NCBI RefSeq assembly: GCF_028641065.1
Contig: NC_073410.1
Span: 1,364,001-1,428,000, forward strand
DNA length: 64,000 nucleotides
From: Leucoraja erinacea
Taxonomy: Eukaryota
Direction of reading: 5' to 3'
Position numbers and translations under genes: made by a program. This document shows positions 60,432 through 64,000 of the stretch, one piece after another (positions within the stretch are counted from its first letter, which is position 1; the number at the start of each line of letters is the position of its first letter). A model generated the notes under the pieces. That model did no database searches. It was not told the DNA's origin and was given only the letters and a program-made list of their open reading frames with translations.

Positions 60432-60718
60432 GTGGTGCAGTGGTAGAGTTGCTGCCTCACAGCGCCGGAGACCCAGGTTCGATCCCAACTACGGGTGCTG
60501 TCAGTACGGAGTTTGCACGTTCTCCCCGTGACCGCGTGAGTTTTCTCTGAGATCTTCAGTTTCCTCCCACACTCCAAAGACGTGCAGGTTTGTAGGTTAA
60601 TTGGCTTGGTGTACGTGTAAAATTGTCCCTAGTGTGTGTAGGATAGTGTTAATGTGCGGGGATCGCTGGTCGGCACGGTCCGGTGGCCGAAGGGCCTGTT
60701 TTTAAACTAAATAAACTA
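60432..60718 (+). mobile_element. HE1-like tRNA-derived SINE
   Basis: Box A TGGTGCAGTGG, box B GGTTCGATCC, central cccacactccaaagacgtgcagg core, CR1-derived tail. Confidence 0.85.
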
Positions 60719-61930
60719 TTTTTTAATAAACAGCTCATCAAGTAAAGCTTGCATTGAGTATCCTCAAGATCTTGCCCTTGCATTCATCTTGGGGTTATCA
60801 ATAAACTTGTGGATCATCATTTTATTTTGAACTCTCGCCTGTGGACAGGTTGCCTGCTCCAGCTGTATGTAAACATTTAATTTATTTTAAAATTATTCTG
60901 AGCCAACAGGAACTTTTTGTGACTCCTGCAAACTGAAGGATTTGTTTCTGGAAACATGTGTTCAAATCTTTTGGTTGCCTATGTAAAATAATCCCAATTG
61001 TTAAGCTCGTAACTGTGAACATTAACTGGTCGGGGGCACAGCCAGTCAAATCTATGCCATTAGTGTCACAGGATATTCAGGGCAGAAAACGTTCCTGAAT
61101 CTTGTCCCATCTCGTCCCATGCTGAGAAAGATGCCCACTGGAGTGCGTCCCATTTGCCTGCATGGTACCCATTTCTCTCTGAACCTTTCCTATCCATATA
61201 CCTGTCCAAATGTCTTCTATACATAATAGTACCTGCCTCTACCACTTCCTCTGGCAGCTCTTTCCAGATACCCACCACCCTCTGTGTAAGACGGGACCCC
61301 TTAAAAGTATATAACATTCACAGGCAGCTCGAACACTGTGACAATGTGCAAACTCCACACAGACAGTACCCGAGGTCAGGATTGAACCCTGATCTCTGGT
61401 GCTGTGATGGGGTGCTTTAGATTGGCAGATGGGTGGACAAAGCCTCAGTCACACACCTCCTACAAGTAGAAATACTTTAATTAAAATACATAAATAAAGT
61501 TGGACATGTTGTTTAGATGCACTCCCATCCTGTGTTGGATGAATTTAGCATTGAAATGAGAGGATGCAATTAGCAAGTGTGGAAACAGAAATACATCAGG
61601 ATGTTTGATGAGAATCTATACTATATATAGGTGTGGGGAAAATGCACACTTTAGTCTTGTTTGTGTTTGACTGGACAGATTTCCTCTCCATCTGAGCCCA
61701 CGGGCTAGTTTAATGTAGGTGTTTTTACATTGTTCTGAGGTTCATTAAATATTCAGTCCTTTTGCAGGTTTTATTATCTTTGTTCCCAACATTAATTCGT
61801 GGTCCCCAAGAGTCGAGAGTGTTTTATTGTCATAAGTCCTGAAACGGAACAATGAAATTCTTACTTGCAGCAGAACAACAGATATGTAAAACCCATGATA
61901 AACCACAACAAGCAAGTTCAGTGCAGGAAG

Positions 61931-62117
61931 GTTACACAGAAAAGCTGGAGAAACTCAGCGGGTGCAGCAGCATCTATGGAGCGAAGGAAATAGGCAACGT
62001 TTCGGCCCGAAACGTTGCCTATTTCCTTCGCTCCATAGATGCTGCTGCACCCGCTGAGTTTCTCCAGCTTTTCTGTGTAACCTTCGATTCTCCAGCATCT
62101 GCAGTTCCCTCTTAAAC
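61931..62117. mobile_element. Palindromic non-autonomous Penelope-end insertion
   Basis: 79-bp perfect inverted arms; flanking duplication TCAGTGCAGGAAGG. Similar hairpins at 5900-6120, 28255-28440, 45775-45960. Confidence 0.8.
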
Positions 62118-62317
62118 TCAGTGCAGGAAGGAACTGCAGAAGCTGGCTTACACTGAAAATAGACACAAATATCTGGAGTAACTCAGCGGATGAGGCAGCA
62201 TCTCTGGACAAAAGGAATGGGTGACGTTTCAGGTTGATACACTTCTTTAGACAGTCAGGGGAGAGGGAACCGAGAGATATGAATCGAACAAATTAATGAG
62301 AGGTATGCATCTGACAC

Positions 62318-62660
62318 TGATTCAGATTCAGATGCAACTTTCATTGTCATTGTCAGTGTACAGTACAGAGACAACGACATGCAGTTAGCATCTCCCTGGA
62401 AGAGCGACATAGAATATGATTTCAATAAATAAATCTATTTACATGCATGCAGTCATAGTGTTTTTCCTGTGGGAGGAGTGTCCGGGGGGGGGGTGGTGAT
62501 TGGCAGTCACCGAGGTACATTGTTGAGTAGAATGACAGCCGCAGGGAAGAAGCTGTTCCTGGACCTGCTGGTCCGGCAACGGAGAGACCTGTAGCGCCTC
62601 CCGGATGGTAGGAGGGTAAACAGTCCATGGTTGGGGTGAGAGCAGTCCTTGGCGACTGGA
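62318..62660 (-). mobile_element. Rex1/Babar-like LINE 3' end
   Basis: Minus strand reads [36 protein letters not shown]; (TCTGAA)n tail. Confidence 0.7.
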
Positions 62661-64000
62661 GCAGGCACTGGACAGAAACATCAGTGTGGGAATGGGAAGG
62701 GGAGTTCAAGTGTTTGGCAACTTAGGCTAAGGCGGACAGAACGAAGGTGTTCAGCAAAAGCTCAGTATATATTTAAAAAATAAATAGACAATAATAGTGC
62801 AAAGTGAAAAATAATGTCGCCAAGTCTATATATATATATATATATATATAGTTTGGATCCTATTGTGAGGTTGCAGTGGCTGCTGCACTGACACAGTCTG
62901 AAGCAGCAACGGACTGGAATGTGGTCTATCAACCTCCTGCAGATGGTCACTCCCATGTGCTCTTGTCTTCACTAATGACTGAAAAGAGGAGATTGGGGCT
63001 GATCTGAAGGAAATGTTTAAAATTATAGCATTACAATAGGGTGAGCAGAGTGATGGCAAAGAGCAGAAGTCAAAGCTATTGAGAAGGTGGTCACCCAAAC
63101 ACTGGGGTGGGGACATGGAGTTGTGCCACAGGGAGTGGAAGAGGAGATGCATTGAAGCTGAACCTGGAGGAGCAGCAACAGTCAAAACCAACAACTATTT
63201 CCTTCGCTCTATAGATGCTGCTGCACCCGCTGAGTTTCTCCAGCACTTGTGTGTACCTTCGATTTTCCAGCATCTGCAGTTCCTTCTTGAACACAAATCC
63301 AACAACTTGACTGAAGATAGACACAGAGTGCTGGAGTAACTCAGCGGGGCAGGCAGAATCTGTGGAGAACATGGATAGGTGACGTTTCACAGAGTGCTGG
63401 AGTAACTCAGCGGGTGCAGCAGCATCTATGGAGCTAAGGAAATAGGTAACGTTTCGGGTCGAAACCCTTCCGGGTTTCGGCCCGAAACGTTGCCTATTTC
63501 CAGAAGGTTTCGGCCCGAAACGTTTCCCTATTTCGGCTCCATAGATGCTGCTGCCCCATAACTCAGTGGGTCAGGCAGCATCTGTGGAGAACGTGGCCTA
63601 GGTGACGTTTCACAGAGTGCTGGGGTAAACTCAGTTGGTCAGGCAGCATCTGTGGAGAACATGGATAGGTGACGTTTCACAGAGTGCTGGAGTAACTCAG
63701 CGGGTCAGGGGGCCGAATGGCCTGTTACAATACTGTACAACTCCGTGAGTCTACATGGTTAACACTGATATATATATACAGGTTAGGAGTAATGACAAAC
63801 CACGCAAATCCTGGCGGGGCGCAACTGCTAGAATTCCCCTTTCCCCTGACTCTCGAAGACGCGAATGGTCACCCATTCCTTCTCCCCAGATATGCTGCCT
63901 GTCCCGCTGAGTTACTCCAGCATGTTGTGTCTACCTTCGGTGTAAACCTGCATCTGCAGTTCCCTCCCACACATGAGGCAGCAGTTGTAAATTGATAGGA

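Noticed and set aside
60432-60505. tRNA-like A and B boxes
   Set aside because: Head of an HE1-type SINE continuing into the SINE core and CR1 tail, not a tRNA gene.
60752-60802. About 50-nt imperfect hairpin
   Set aside because: Too short and bulged for a pre-miRNA, with no other support.

Overview
Eukaryotic vertebrate genomic DNA. The repeat content (HE1-type tRNA-derived SINEs, CR1/HER1 LINE tails, abundant Penelope ends) points to a cartilaginous fish, probably a skate or ray; this is inference. Three spliced + strand genes can be built by hand. (1) A 10-exon, 556-aa ankyrin-repeat DHHC palmitoyltransferase with ZDHHC13/17/Akr1 architecture but a divergent DHHC-LFL signature (3614-16601); its intron 8 is a minor-spliceosome AT-AC intron. 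(2) FUT11/POFUT4 (3 exons, 564 aa, 19568-32450), whose exon-1 donor is amplified into a 33-bp in-frame tandem array. (3) CHCHD1/mS37 (3 exons, 51348-57105), which has an apparent 1-nt frameshift in exon 1 and a motif-dense promoter minisatellite. FUT11-CHCHD1 adjacency matches human. The rest is mostly retroelement debris: CR1, Penelope with minimal hammerhead motifs and long palindromes, Rex/Babar, RTE, a REL-type element, LTR remnants and an unclassified ~135-bp SINE. There are also minisatellites and two assembly gaps. Repeat boundaries are approximate. No database searches were possible.
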